The notes beneath the pieces were generated by a model, which did not search any database, was not told the DNA's origin, and saw nothing but the letters and a program-made list of their open reading frames with translations. Position numbers and translations under genes: made by a program. This document shows positions 12,845-26,060 of a DNA stretch of 64,000 nt, one piece after another (the first letter of the stretch is position 1; each line of letters begins with the position of its first letter). The stretch comes from Amphiscolops sp. MND2022 (taxonomy: Eukaryota): NCBI GenBank assembly GCA_964187785.1, contig OZ076417.1:53196001-53260000 (forward strand), read 5' to 3'.

Positions 12845-13439
12845 TGTATTAGAATTGACTGGACGAATCGTGAGTTGTTGTTGAGCCTTGGTCTGTTCTG
12901 TAGGCTAGTCAGTACATCGGCTTGCTTTACGAGGTACTTGTCCTTGTTCGGACCCAAGGTTGACTTGAATCTGAGGCAGGTAAGACTTGCTCATTCATAG
13001 CTTCACTTAAGGCCCCTGGATTTGTGATGAGCTCACACTGCTAGGACTTTCTGGCCTTCGGACTCATTTTATTAGTTCACTCTTTTATCTTCCGACGTGA
13101 TTGCAACTTAACATTATATGCATGTTTTCTATATCGGATAACCTTTCCGCTTATTTTGATTTTCAATTTTTGATTTTCTGTTGTTTTTTGTAGTCATGGT
13201 GAATATCTGATCGCGAATATTTCAAATCTTCAATCAGGAAATATGACTTGAAAGGAGTTTGAACAATAGAACGGTTCGTCAAATTGTGTCAACATACTAT
13301 CTAAGAAAACGACAAATGACAATTAACAACTGCATTACTAGAATAGCACTTGGTTATCAACAAATGGACGCATCAAAGCGTACGAGGATTTTGAATTCCT
13401 GTAACAAAGTACTTCAAAGGCATTTTCAAAGGAATCATC

Positions 13440-14050
13440 ATACTACTGGTAACTAACAAAGCTTCAAATCCAAAACAAGGTGCAAAAATCATTCCATAAT
13501 AAACACAACAGTCTTAGGCACGTGCTGGCATACGAACATTAGAAGGATACATGAGTGCAATAATCTCCATATTGTATGCAATGAGTAATTTCTGATGTGG
13601 CCTAGTATGGCCATTGGGCATTTTATCATACTTTAACTACTAGCAGGAATAGGGTCGGAGACCGATATCTACTAACATCAAACCAAATCAACAATTAATA
13701 CTACAAACACCAGTTTTAGCTGCTTTTCATTATGTAATGGCAATTGTACCAATATAATTGTAACTAATGTTATCTTGCACAGAATAACAGCGACTTGAGA
13801 AGGCATTAGTTTATTTGGCAGGAACTGGCCAATTACCTAGCTCTCAGTACAATCCTTTCAAGCATGTTGTAACGGTCGTAACTGGCAGATAAAGGTACTG
13901 CAGTAGTATAGACTGAATTTTGATTGGACAATAAATTGGCGACTAGCTTCGTTGACGTAAAAGTACAGGAGCTCATTCTGTCACAGCTTTGATTCAAATT
14001 CACCGCATTAAACAATTCAACCAACATTTCTAACAATCCAGTATATATTG
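13440..14050 (-). mobile_element. Probable decayed non-LTR retrotransposon (LINE) RT C-terminal fragment
   Basis: SVYTTAVPLSASYDRYNMLERIVLRAR resembles the LINE RT thumb motif (Y....W.......LERIQRRA.R). Stops follow. Confidence 0.4.
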
Positions 14051-14986
14051 TTAACTGACTAATTTTTCTTATTTTCATAACAAGAATGCAGCAACTTTAT
14101 GAAATGATATTAACTTGCGTCAGTAAAGGTTTAGTTTTAGTATTTAGGGAGTGTACCTGCGGCTGGATCCTGTTTACCGGCGCATGTCGTATACTTTGTC
14201 CCGTCACATGCGGCAGCCTGCTAAAGGAGAGTTTTTGAGAAAATCGAAAAAAAACTCGAAAAATGGCTGTTTTTTGTCCGTTTTTGCGTTATCTTTGGCT
14301 GTGTTTCTCACATCCCAGCCATACAATTTTTCAGACATTTTTTAAGAAGTTTGAAATTTTCATTGAAATATCGGGAGAAAAAAACGACACGATTGCATTA
14401 GTAGTCATCGAATTTTTTGCGACTCCTAAATATAAAAACAGTAGTACTTGATGAGTACTATGCGGAATTGCACAAGTTGTTTCTTTCTTCATTGCTTGCC
14501 GAAAACATTCAAAGTGAAAACCGAACCACCATTGGTTGCATGAACAGAACATCCGCCACAGAGCGGCTTCCATTGTTTGGGGACGAACCATAGTAATTGT
14601 GGCTAAACCCGGAAAATATCCAATCTCTCAGCTTCTTAGAGAATCGGTGATTGCATAAATGATCGGCTATCAAGTTCATTCATTCATCAATGAATTTCAG
14701 TAAGGAAACTCTTATTGCAATTGTGAAACGCTAAACTAATTGTTCATCACTTTTATAGTGTTCTTTCTGAATTCCAAAGCTACTGTCTCAATAAAATAGA
14801 TTCCTTCGTTTTTCACCGACTTATTTTGACTAAATCTGTCCCATTTTGAACTATTATGGCAGCGACTGATTTTGCTGTGACGGAAGATCTTGGACGAAAT
14901 GAATCTCAGAACTCTTCTATTTCTGCTCACAATCCAAATTTCAAAAAATCAGGTTAATAAGAGATTCAATTATTCTATATACTTCA

Positions 14987-17931
14987 TCAAATAATTTCTT
15001 TCTTGAGTTGCATATACAAAGGCATCACTTCAATTTTAATTTGTTCCAGTTTTGCTTTGTCTTCCTCCGTCAATTCGTTTCCGGGGCCCTCCGAAACCGT
15101 TCTTATCGGTTCCAATGTTGAGCTCTTACATGCAGTACCGTGCCAGTCATGCCCATGAACTGCTGGATCGTTTAGCATACTAATTGTAGGGGGTAGCCAC
15201 CAGTCCTCAGGGTATGTGTGGGAACTTTTAGTTTGCATCATCGCTTCGTTGAAAGGAAGACCACCGAACTCACACATGGACCTGATAAACTCCGTTCCCT
15301 CTGTGGGGTTCAGTTTTTCAGAGTCGAAGATCCTGTACTCGAACCCCTTTTGTTGCAGGTAGTCTCGAAGTTTGACCATCCCTTGATAACATTCAAGCAT
15401 CGATGGGTGTCCCGTCAAGCATTCTCCTTCAATGAGGTTCATGAATCGCCAAGGTTGACCTGAAAAAATCATTTTTAACTCTCAACAGAAAACGTTTTCA
15501 AAAATTTCAACTCGGAAAAATAAGTGTCGAGACTATTTTGAGTACCCGTACGATATTCACATCCCACGACAGCAATCCTCAGGCAACATTTTTTCCTCGA
15601 AGCTATCACCATGGACGAAAAATGAAAATTATAGGACAAAAGATTCGTTAAAAACGCATCATCAGAGAACTTATGCATAAAGACTTTTCATTTTTCGTGT
15701 TTCAAATAAATGTCGTCATATTAATGTCCTTTCACGAGTTTGATATGGTAGTATTTGTAATCTAATGCAAAAATATCTCAAAGTGATTGAAAGTTCAAAC
15801 AACTTCAAGCGTTTTTGATGATTAACGTTTAGTTTTTCGAATGACGTTTTTTGATTTTGCTGTTTTTGAGTATCCTGTAAGTGTTTTCTAGCTGATGTTT
15901 TGCGCAAAAAACAACTCAAAAGCAACTCAGAACACCAACATTATATCATGAAAGTCGCGATAATTGTCAACGAGTTCAAATCCATGTGTCAAACATTGTC
16001 GGAAACCGCCGAAAATGATGAAAAAAGTTTTCATTCATTTTCCAAAACTAATCTGAACCAAACACCTCAGGCAACATAAGTGGCAACTAATTGGCTCCAA
16101 TACTTTTTCGTGGACAACCAAGACACAAAATTGCGGAAAGTAAGATTGCAACTTCAAACGAAGCTAAAGCAGTCAGCATCAAAGGGGAATGAATTCAATG
16201 CACGTGTCTGTTTCCGAAATTTCCTGTACCGATTTCCGCAAAACTCTCAATTGAAGCTTGCAGATACACTGTGATGCTCTACGAACATTTCATTGAAATT
16301 ATATCCTTGAGACAGTTTGATAGCTTTTTTGTTTTTGTATTGTCATTGTTTATTGCATATTTAATATCGAAAGTATTATCCTTAAATTGGTATTTTGGAA
16401 TGCAAGCGCATCATTAGTGGTTTTTCAGAAAGTGGACCACTGATGTTTTGATTGTTCGGCAAAACTGTTCCGACTCGTCTTTTAGTAGCTAATTTCGTCC
16501 AAAAAATAATATTGATATTCTTGATCTTGGAACATTTTGATTTAAAAATAATGCAGAATATGTCACTACTTCAGTCTTGCTTGTCTCTAGTCGGCTTTAA
16601 CAGTGCTCTATTTTTACAGTGGCTAGTTCATCAAACCACACTTTCCATGCGTACACTCTCTCAACAAAAAATTTCACGCTCTTTGCTTTAGTTTTTTTGG
16701 CATCGTGCAACTTTTTGAAAACTGCAATTGTTTCATGAAACAATCCCCTGCTGTTTTTCCGTATCTTAACTTCCAAAAGAACGTTTTTCAAGGCTAAAGG
16801 TTTCATTCTGTAGGTCGTTCGGCACTGTGCGACTTTTTTGAGAACTATTCGTTTCATCACTTTGAGTGTTTTTGAGGTTTTCATAAAGAGAAGCTGTGAT
16901 CCCCTTTCGGATGTTTCTTGGCACTCTGAGTGTCATGAAAGTTTCCTAAAAACCCATTGTAGCATTTTTCAGATTTTGGGATTTCAGTTTCAAGAAGGGT
17001 GCCTCTGATGTATATTTGATTCTTTTGTGAAAGATATGTTTGTGGATTTACTGAATTTTCCTAATGTAACGGAACCCTCTGGTACAGAAAAAGAAGCCGA
17101 TTTTGAAATTTTGACATGTTCAGAAATTTGGTCAAAAATTCTAGTTCGATGTGTGACGTGCTCCATTTTCAATGCAAACGAAGATGAGAGTAGACCGAGT
17201 GAGACCGAGAGAAAACACGGAGAACGACATAGCCTGAGAGCTCACAGAGACTGTACAAACTCCTAAAAAGACTCTTTTTAGGTGCTAATTCTAGTTTTTT
17301 TTTGATATTCAGCATGATGCTACCTTAAGTAGCGGGAACCGGAAAATGAGTCTTTTCGCTTAATGATCTTGCTTGGTACTTAGAGCCCCTGCGCCTCCGG
17401 CAGTCATCTGGAGGCAAAATGGACTAAAGCCATGGTGTTCAGTCCCGGATCTATATCCATGGTATTGGTTCCTCCACGTCTTGTGCCGGCTAAACGCACA
17501 GCGCTTGTCGTTACATAAGTTATATAATTTGAAGTTGATCAATATAATGACAAAACATATGTATTTGGAAGAAAAGTGTTCCAATATTTGAACTAACCTT
17601 TGTATCCAACTATTGACATAGCAACATCCTCTGGATTTCGGATCAGCAAAATATGTTTGAAAGATTGATCATGCACCCATTTTTTGAAGTCTAGGTTTTC
17701 CACGAAATATGGAATATCTTTCCACACAATATTATTGTTGATAAAAGGTTCTTTCGTTACCTTTTCTTCTAAATGCTTGAAATTATATAGAGTTCCATCA
17801 CCGTACCAATGGGCGAAATAAGCAAAAGTGAGAGGTTCGAAAATTCCTTGAACTTCGGAGTTGTTGGTCAAAATTTTCAAAATAATCGTAGATTTACTGC
17901 GAGATATAACCCAAAGCATAACTCGAGCCAT
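14987..17931 (-). CDS. Two-exon sulfotransferase-fold (P-loop, Sulfotransfer_5 / BCAT-like N-terminal family) protein, 268 aa, intact; exons 17931-17598 and 15459-14987
   Basis: N-terminal MARVMLWVISRSKST (PAPS-loop-like W..RS.ST), FEP, HILLIRNP. The GT-AG intron 17597-15460 joins in frame (phase 1) and gives 807 nt. Confidence 0.8.
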
Positions 17932-18767
17932 CATAAACTGCAAACTGTGACCCCAACTTAAAACAAATATTTCATTTCAATCGAATCGTGGATTGGAATG
18001 CAACCTTGGAACGGTCAAAGTAACTAATAACATTTAGGTTCAGTTTTAGTTCAAAAGTTTTTATCTGTAGAGCCTGTTTGCTTTCAGTAAGGGTCAAATT
18101 TGGAACAATCTATGAGTAAACACGTGAGAACGTTTACAGACATATGCATCTGTCTCGAGGTTTCGGTAAAGCTTCATGTTCACTTTTTGACTAATATTCA
18201 GGCACTATTTCCCAAACTTTTAGGAACTGGGACACTTTTCAGTCTTGATTGTTTGACAGAGAAAAAGTAAGGGAATCATATAAACCGAATGAGACATGGG
18301 AACAGAGATTAAAGTACCCTTTGAGACACAAAAAACGCAAAGTCTTTTGAAAGGCTAAAGAATTGTTTTTCAAGATAATTCTGAAATCTCGACAGGCTAC
18401 AAAATGACCTTATGATCTTGAACGGAATTTTTTGTTAAATCTGAATTACAGTCAATGTAACAGTGTAAGTGTCTAAACTGAGGTTTCAATCCATGATTTC
18501 AACACTTTTTCTTCATTGAAGTCCTACCTGAGCAGCTTTGCAGCCCAAACCCTTCAAGTTGTGACATAATATGCGGAGATTTAGCAGTTTATTTCGACTA
18601 TTTCTGCTACAATTTGATCTATTATGGCAGACATTGATTTTGCTCTGACAAAATTTCTCGGACGAAATGAGTCTCAGAACTTTCAAACACATTTCTATTT
18701 CTAATCAGAAGAAATCAAATTTCACAAATTGAGATCAATAAAATAATCAATCCGTTACTATCCCACT

Positions 18768-19864
18768 TCAAATGATTTCTTTCTTGAGTTGCATATACAA
18801 AGGCATCACTTCATTTTTAATTTGTTCCAGTTTTGCTTTGTCTTCCTCCGTCAATTCGTTCTCGGGGCCCTCCGAAATCGTTCTTATCGGTTCCAATGTT
18901 GAGCTCTTACATGCAGTACCGTGCCAGTCATGCCCGTGAACTGCTGGGTCGTTTAGCATACTAATGGTAGGGGGTATCCACCAGTCCTCAGGGTATGTGT
19001 GGGAACTCTTAGTTTGCATCATCGCTTCGTTGAAAGGGAGACCAGCGAACTCACACATGGACCTGATAAACTCCGTTCCTTCTGTGGGGTTCAACTTTTC
19101 GGAGTCAAAGATCCTGTACTCGAACCCCTTTTGTTGCAGGTAGTCTCGAAGTTTGACCATCCCCTGATAACATCCGAGTATCGAGGGATACCCCGCCATG
19201 GTTTCGTGTTCAACCAGGTTCATGAATCTCCAGGGCTGACCTGGAAAATGCATTTTATATCCCGGCAAAAAAGGGAATAGTTAATCTGGAAGTTAATTTC
19301 AAAATAGATAAGCACAGTTGCGATTGTTTGACCGAATTTGCTACCAGTTTGTCTTTCAGTAGTTTTTCTTCAGTGCTGAAGTATTTTAAAACCGACAATT
19401 TTGAAATTCAATTTACCTGAATCGGAAACTTATTGCAGACGTTGCTATTTTAGTTTCCATAATAAATTATTGCCATGGTTGCTTTTCAACCCACAAAAAC
19501 TTCTGGTCATTATTTTAATTACAAAAGCATGGAAAGGAAAACAGGTCAAGCATACCTTGGCGTCCAACTATCGACATGGCAACCTCCACTGAATTTCTGA
19601 TCAGCAAAATGTGTTTGAAAGATTTGTCGGAGACCCATTTCTCAAAATCCGATCTTTCCACACAATATTATCATCGCTGAAAGGTTTTTTCTTCACGTTT
19701 TCTTGCAAATGCTCGAAAGTGAAAATGTTCCCATCTCCGAACGCATGGGCGAAGTAAGCATACGCGAATGGCTCAAAAATTCCTTGAACTTCGGAGTTGT
19801 TGGTTAAAATCTTCATTATTGTGGATTTACTGCGGGTTATAACCCAAAGCATAACGCGCGCCAT
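18768..19864 (-). pseudogene. Tandem paralog of the sulfotransferase-fold gene with a frameshifting net 22-nt deletion in exon 1; exons 19864-19556 and 19240-18768
   Basis: Same intron position and phase; exon 2 nearly identical in protein. In exon 1, IPYFVENL is replaced by CG, shifting the frame. The 3' flanks are also homologous. Confidence 0.8.
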
Positions 19865-20756
19865 TATAAACTGCAGAATTTGGCTTTAATTTACACCAGT
19901 TCTTCGTTTCAATCAAGTCGTAGAGTTTAACGTTGAATCAGCGTACGTAAAGTAGGAATTGTCGAATTTTCTAATTATATGAAAAGCTAACTTCGAAGCT
20001 TTTTTCTTGGAGGAATCTTCACAAAAAGTCTAATTATGGTTTATAAAGAAGAACTGAATCAAATGTGAAGATTTGAAAGCAGCTTTTTAGTCCACTTTCA
20101 AGTTTCTATCTAAACGTTTGAAGTCATATAGGTCTCGTGAGTTCGGTGTAGTTTTACTGTCGCGTTATGACACGTTAAACCAAAAGTGTTCAAGTATGTT
20201 TATTCTAACGCCACAGTGATGTATATACTTTAAAACACGTGCGATGATAAAAACTTTGCCTCTAGAAACTTTGTCAAAAATCAAAATATAATCTGGGATT
20301 AAAATGTATTAAAAAACATGAAAACATGACTTTTTTGGAGGGTTTGAAACGAAAGAGAATAGTGGATAAATGTGGTGGACAAAAGTGGTGAAAGTTTATG
20401 AACGTTGAGCAGTGAATTTAATCGATAACCTCTTGGAAACATTACCGTGCGTTGCCCTGATAAAATGAAATTTATTATCGAAAGATCTTGCAAGCTTTTT
20501 GCAAAAAGAAAAGAAAACTTGCAAGATCATCCAAGAAAGTTTCATTTCCTAGGAGATGAAAAAATTGTTCGCATTCATGTTTTGCGTTAGTCTCGCCCTT
20601 ACCCAACCTGCGTTTTGCCGCAAAATTGGTCGTACGATAATACAGTAAGGTATAATAACTAAAGCATCTTTTCACAAAATAAACCCTTCTATAGGTACTA
20701 GAATATGCCTTATGTCTGTTGTATGATAGAGTTCGTATACAGTGTGAAAAGTGAAA

Positions 20757-21270
20757 CAACCCGGGATCGGCATAAGCAGGCGCCATATCTAAGGCTCAAA
20801 AATAGCAAAAGGACGTCAAAGTGTCAAATATTCTTTTGCAGTGCCTGGAAGTGTCAAGTATTTTTTTACAGTACAAAAGTTGAGCCAAATTGGCGCGCTA
20901 AAAGGGGGACCCTTTCGGATTTCTTAACATCCATTGCTGTCAAATATCAAATATTAAAAAAAACTGAAGGCCCATGGACGCTTTGGGTTTTAAAAAATTC
21001 TCACAACGACGAAAAAAACTGAAAGGGAGGCCTTTGGGTTTTTCAACATATATGCTGTCGCTAAACATCAAAAAAATGAAGGGGACCCTTTGGCGAAAAA
21101 AACTGAAAAAAGTCTCACAATGCCGAAAAAACTTGAAAAAACGTTAGTCTCTCCCGGTATTGTATGTTACCCGGAAAAAGAGGAAAAACCTTTTTGGTAC
21201 AATTTGCTAGGCCTAATGATTCAATTTGCGACCATAAAAATTCGTAGAACTTTTAAGAACTATTTTGGTC
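20757..21270 (+). repeat. Interspersed repeat family (AGGCTCAAAAATAGCAAAAGGAC..., AAAGGGGGACCCTTT subrepeats); other copies ~42820-42960 (inverted), ~55750-56150, ~57355-57510
   Basis: Shared motifs visible at all four loci; non-coding; internal tandem subrepeats. Confidence 0.75.
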
Positions 21271-22133
21271 AGTTCGTGTGGGTTGAAAAAAAGAGTCATT
21301 ATAATAGTAGCGTTTCACTTCATGAAGCGCCGACTAATAATCCCTGCTATTTGGCACTGGAACTTTGAAAAAGTTGACGAAATGAAAAATCTATGCTATA
21401 TACTTACGATGCTACATTGTGTACTACTCCTACTACATGTTTTTCATAGTACTTTCACGGAAACCTCCAAGCAATAAATTTGTCAGTTGAATTTAATCAG
21501 GCTGCCTTAAAAATTGCATCGTAAATTTGGCAGCTGCTCGAAGTCACGAAGGTTTGCTGGTTTTATTAAGAATCAATTCTTTTTTGAATGCAGCTGAGAC
21601 CTCACCAATTTCACCGCCATTTTGAGGTAAATCAATTTAAGTCACGTTATAAGTTTGAAAGTAGCTTCATATTCAGCAAAATTGCGATAAAACGTTTTAC
21701 GTTTTTCTTTTCTTCTTCAGCGTGCAGTCTGCCTAACGGTAAAGCGATTTCACCAGTTGAGAGCATGAGAAACAAAATTATCAAACAAAAAGTGTGAAGA
21801 CAAAATTACCGAGACGTAGAAAAAATTTTAGTTTGATCAAAAAAGTGGACGCTGCATTTTAATCCTACAAAATACTTCCGTCCAGGCTCTTGTAACTTTG
21901 CATGTTTTTTTTCAAAAAAAAACTAACGTTGTACACATGAAAGCAGCATGAAAAATTCCCAGCAGTTTCAACTGGCATGCTCTACAATTGACATGTTGGT
22001 GTCGTGAGGCTCATTCTGGATAATCTTAAAACTGGAGCTGGTCGTTTTCAATTTGAATAAACATTATAAAGTATGTTGTAGTACATATATGTAGTACGTA
22101 TTTGTAGTACGTATATGTTTTAGTATAGGTAAG

Positions 22134-23804
22134 TGTGATAATCCTCTATTTCTGCTTCTGATTCTTCGTCAGAATATATTTTTATGTCTATATCCGATTC
22201 ACTTCGGAACAAGGGTTTAGTAGGATGTTTGGGATCCTTCGTTTTAGAAGCTCTAAGAGGATAATCGTCGTTTTCAGAATCTGAATTTTCTTTATTAGAT
22301 GCGTGAACTCCTATAGGCGGGTCTATCCTGGATCCCGATGGTTGTGGTTCTTGTATCTCATTTGTATCAGACCTTGGGTTTGTCGTCATTGAAGCACCCT
22401 TATTGTGTTTTATCTCCTTCAAAATTGCATCTAGTTTGTTGTCCATTTCTTCTCTCATTTTCTCTATTCTTTCAGTATTTTTCCGCTCAACAATCTGAGT
22501 CCAAACTTGTATCTCATCACTAATTTGACTGGGTTCTCTTAGTTGGTTTTCCGAATTCAATCCACCTAAACTTTCTTGAACATTTAGGTTAGAAATAGTT
22601 AAAGTTATATTACCTGTTCCTGGAGAGTCAACTCTAGTTTCGCTCGTTTCTCTCTCAGGAGATGGGGTTGCTAATCTCCTTGATCTTCGACTCCTCTTAT
22701 TTCCCATTTCGCTCAGTAGAAAACAAGTTATGTTTGTTGGGGAAGAATTTTAATTATGTTCTCGGCACGGAAAATCCAATCTTGGAGAAAGCAATGAAAA
22801 TGTTGATAGTATTAGCAAGAGTCTGGAGAAATTGATACAACTGCACTTTGGAGAGGTTAATTCAATTGTGTCTTGCATTTAGGAAATCCCCTTTTCAGAA
22901 TATAAAAGAATGACAGTCATTTTTACAAGTATCATGTAGTCCTGGAAAACACGAAAATAGGATAACGTCAAATTACGTAATTCTATTTATATCATTCCCG
23001 TAATGACATACGTTTGTCTAATCGGTCGTAAGACCCTAGAGAAATACTGTAAAATGGTATATCAAACACCTCTAGTGCTATCTAATGATGTATAATTGCA
23101 TGACGTTCAAAACTACACCTTTTGCTGAAAAATGCATAATCCCGCATATGCGGTGGACCTGGAACCGCACAAAGACGTATAACGCACGTGAGCATCTTCC
23201 TCACATCCGGATAGTAATGCATATACGGCACAATTCGATCCGTATGATATTTCAATAAAAACGTATGTTAATGCATATACAGCACTAGTAGTACCGTATA
23301 GTGATGCATGTTACAATTGATAAAAAGGTATGATACCGCATACTCTATTAATTTAAAACGTATCTTAATGTATACTCAAACGTATAATGACGCATACAGA
23401 AAAATCATTTAATGCATGATAACGCATATTCAAACAACCATTTTACGTACAATGACTCATCTTTGATATTTGAAAAGCGTTTAACACCGTATATTCACAA
23501 TCCTAATTGTAGCACGATGACGCATAATGTGACATCAAAAATCGTAGATTGATCATGCTTATGTAATTTTTATGCACATGTGTTGTTTATGAAGAAGATT
23601 TAAAGAAGTCAAGCAACATTTATGGACTTAAGGAGTAGTCCAGAGAGAACTTCATCGACATAAGCAAACAAATAATTTACATGACGATTTGAAAATACCA
23701 TTGAAATGAATTTTAAAAGGTTTGAAGTGTTTTATTTTGGATCTCTTCAGGAGTTCCTTTTCACTGCTGCACTACGGAACCATCGCATCTTGGTGGATGC
23801 GACA
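22134..23804 (-). repeat. 3' LTR of element 2 (1,671 bp)
   Basis: Collinear with 37292-38543 at offset 15158; about 13 mismatches in ~1,236 aligned bp by manual count. Confidence 0.95.
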
Positions 23805-24789
23805 GTCCCGCATTTTTAAAAAGGAACAATGCTGCTTCGAACCCGTGGATGAATGCCCTTGATCTGATTGTCCTTTCCTTGACTGTTTCACCCTCGTACT
23901 CCGTTGCAACCAGATACTCTCCCAGAGTCTCCAACGCGATTTGATCATAGCATTTTCCGCAGAGTTCACAATATCCTGCGACGTTGGCCATCACAGTGGG
24001 TATCAACCGGATGCTATGCCTTTCTTGGGCCGGAATTAGGAGTGAGTTCGTGCTGTGGGTTGTGTTGAACGGAAACCCCAGTTGAACAGTGGGTTGCATC
24101 AACTGTGCCAAAGGCTGAGTTCCGCTGTCTAGTCCACTAATTTTGAGGGGGAACAGCATTGGGGATAAATTGAACCCTGTGAAGTTTTCTTGCGTTGTTC
24201 TTTGTTGTGGGATTGTATTATTTCGTACCTCTTGTTCCATTGGCTCCCTTGTTGATCGTTGTTGAAAGCCTGTTTGTTCTTGCCTGTAATTTGGCGGATA
24301 GATCGGGATTGGACGGGGTAAGATTCCACTGTCGCTGGAATTTGTCCTCAGAGTAGGGAGGACCCTTGCGGTGGGACGACCATAGTTGTTTGTAGTTCTT
24401 TCGGGGCCGACGCCCATGGTCCATGGGAAGAGATTCCCCTCCTCGAACTCGCTGTCTACAAACGAACCTGGAGATTCCATTAGTCCGTTCTGAGGGACTT
24501 CAATTAGGTCCATAAGTTCTCTCTCCAACTGAGTTCCAGATGCGATCGTTGCCGGGTCCTGTCTTGGCGACATTTCTGTATCAGGGTACAAAGTGGCTGT
24601 TGCCGCTCCCATAAATGCTGACATTAAGTTGCTCCCAGTTGTGTCTATACGGAATCTATCGTTTAGTTGGGTCACGTCTCCGGGGGCAATGGAGAACTCA
24701 CCTTCTGACCCGCTCGAGATGTCCACCACATCAGGGGAGATAGGGGAGTATAGTGAGTCTTCATCGATGTCGAATTGAAGCTTGTTCAT
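23761..24789 (-). CDS. Extra sense-strand ORF3 of element 2, 342 aa, disordered with a C-terminal CxxC-containing domain; ends inside the 3' LTR
   Basis: Intact 1-kb ORF between the internal region and the LTR. CELCGKCY...RSRAFIHGFEAA. Function unknown. Confidence 0.7.
   Translation of the reverse strand: MNKLQFDIDEDSLYSPISPDVVDISSGSEGEFSIAPGDVTQLNDRFRIDTTGSNLMSAFMGAATATLYPDTEMSPRQDPATIASGTQLERELMDLIEVPQNGLMESPGSFVDSEFEEGNLFPWTMGVGPERTTNNYGRPTARVLPTLRTNSSDSGILPRPIPIYPPNYRQEQTGFQQRSTREPMEQEVRNNTIPQQRTTQENFTGFNLSPMLFPLKISGLDSGTQPLAQLMQPTVQLGFPFNTTHSTNSLLIPAQERHSIRLIPTVMANVAGYCELCGKCYDQIALETLGEYLVATEYEGETVKERTIRSRAFIHGFEAALFLFKNAGLSHPPRCDGSVVQQ
23805..23817 (-). promoter_or_regulatory. Polypurine tract (AAAAATGCGGGAC) abutting the 3' LTR
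   Basis: Purine-rich run immediately 5' of the LTR TGT on the element strand. Confidence 0.65.
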
Positions 24790-25679
24790 TTTTGATTTGC
24801 AGAGAACTATTTAGCTTTTCAGGTTTTCAAGTGTTTTACAAAGCGACTGATTTATGAAATTGTAAAGACCATATGGTGAATCTTCTTTTCAGTTTGACTT
24901 GATTTAGACGGAACCCCGCCAAAAAATTGGGTGTCATGATTTTGTGGGTCTAGCAACACCTTATCTGGGATGTAGGTGGCGGGTCACCGTATAAAAGAGG
25001 GGTTTGGTTTTGGTTTCTTCCACATATGTAAATAAACAAAATGAGTGTGACTTCGTTTGCCATATCTTTCAACGGCAGTTTCCTTTTGATCTTTCTAGTT
25101 TTGTTTCAGTTACATTTAAATATGATGTAAACAAATATCTTCACCTAGGAAGCCACAAAAATTGAGTGAATTAACTGCTCAATATAATTTTATTTAGAAG
25201 CATCAATGAAACTCATATCAAGACTAAACATATTGCATGAATTTTTAAATGTTTTACCAAGTTTTTTTCTTTAAAATATCACATGATCGCGACATGGTAT
25301 ATCATTCGATGTCCCGCATTTTGAAAAGGCACAAACTTTTGAGATAGGTACCTGTGATAGCCTCTCACAACTAGGTAGATTGGTGGAGGTCTATCCATTC
25401 GGGTTGACTCAATGCATTTTAATATGCTTCTCTGTGTATATTGCTTCGGACGCCGTCCCACAATCTCTTTCTTCCAAAGTTCGTAAGGCTGCTGATTCAT
25501 CAATACTAGAATCCGCATGCTACCTCGTGCTTGCCATGACTCATTCGATCGTCAAAGTGAATTTGTTTGTTTTAATTCCTCCAATGATTACGTATCATTC
25601 AATTCTTCTTCGCTTTCATACTGCATACCAGCACGTGCTCTTTTTCTCTTTATTCCGCATATTGACGCATAGACTACAA

Positions 25680-26060
25680 CCATATTTCCGCATATTGCCG
25701 TATGTTTGTAAGTCACAAGTACATGTGCAGCCGCATATTGCTCATCTGTAAATTTGTGTATTTAAGTATAATTGCAACTGCAAATCCGCATTTTGCAGCA
25801 TATTGTTCATCTGTGAATCCGCATAGTTACGCATAGTTGTAATCTGGAAAACGTATGTTGCTGTATATTGTCCATTTGTGAATCCGCATAATTGCGTGTG
25901 ATTACAATCTAAAGTCCGCATGTTGCTGTATATTGTCCATTTGTGAATCCGCATAATTGCGCATAATTGCAATCCAAAGTTCGCATGTTGCTGTACATTG
26001 AATGCTGGTATTTTGCAGATCACCGTATTAGCGTATGTAGTAAGTTTGCATATTACCGCA
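25680..26060. repeat. Degenerate CCGCATA-rich tandem repeats upstream of the antisense gene
   Basis: Recurrent GAATCCGCATA and CATGTTGCTGTATATTGTCCATTTGTGAATCCGCATAATTGCG units. Confidence 0.7.

Larger units (their letters stand above)
543..12900 (-). mobile_element. Degenerate, internally deleted Ty3/gypsy LTR retrotransposon (element 1); LTRs not identified, boundaries approximate
   Basis: Minus-strand remnants in gypsy order: gag (FDGENEKFELFKDLF, 12650-12844), protease (LIDTGALSS, 12061-12387), RT (YVDDIGIAA, 10888-11349), integrase (H..HPG..C..C, ACDYFSRY, IPDNGTAF, 9814-10410). Many stops and frameshifts. Confidence 0.85.

Noticed and set aside
15218-19280. Plus-strand ORFs 15218-15463 and 18999-19280 as a duplicated gene
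   Set aside because: They are antisense shadows of the sulfotransferase-like exon 2 paralogs.
23761-24789. env gene
   Set aside because: No signal peptide, furin site or transmembrane helix is visible.
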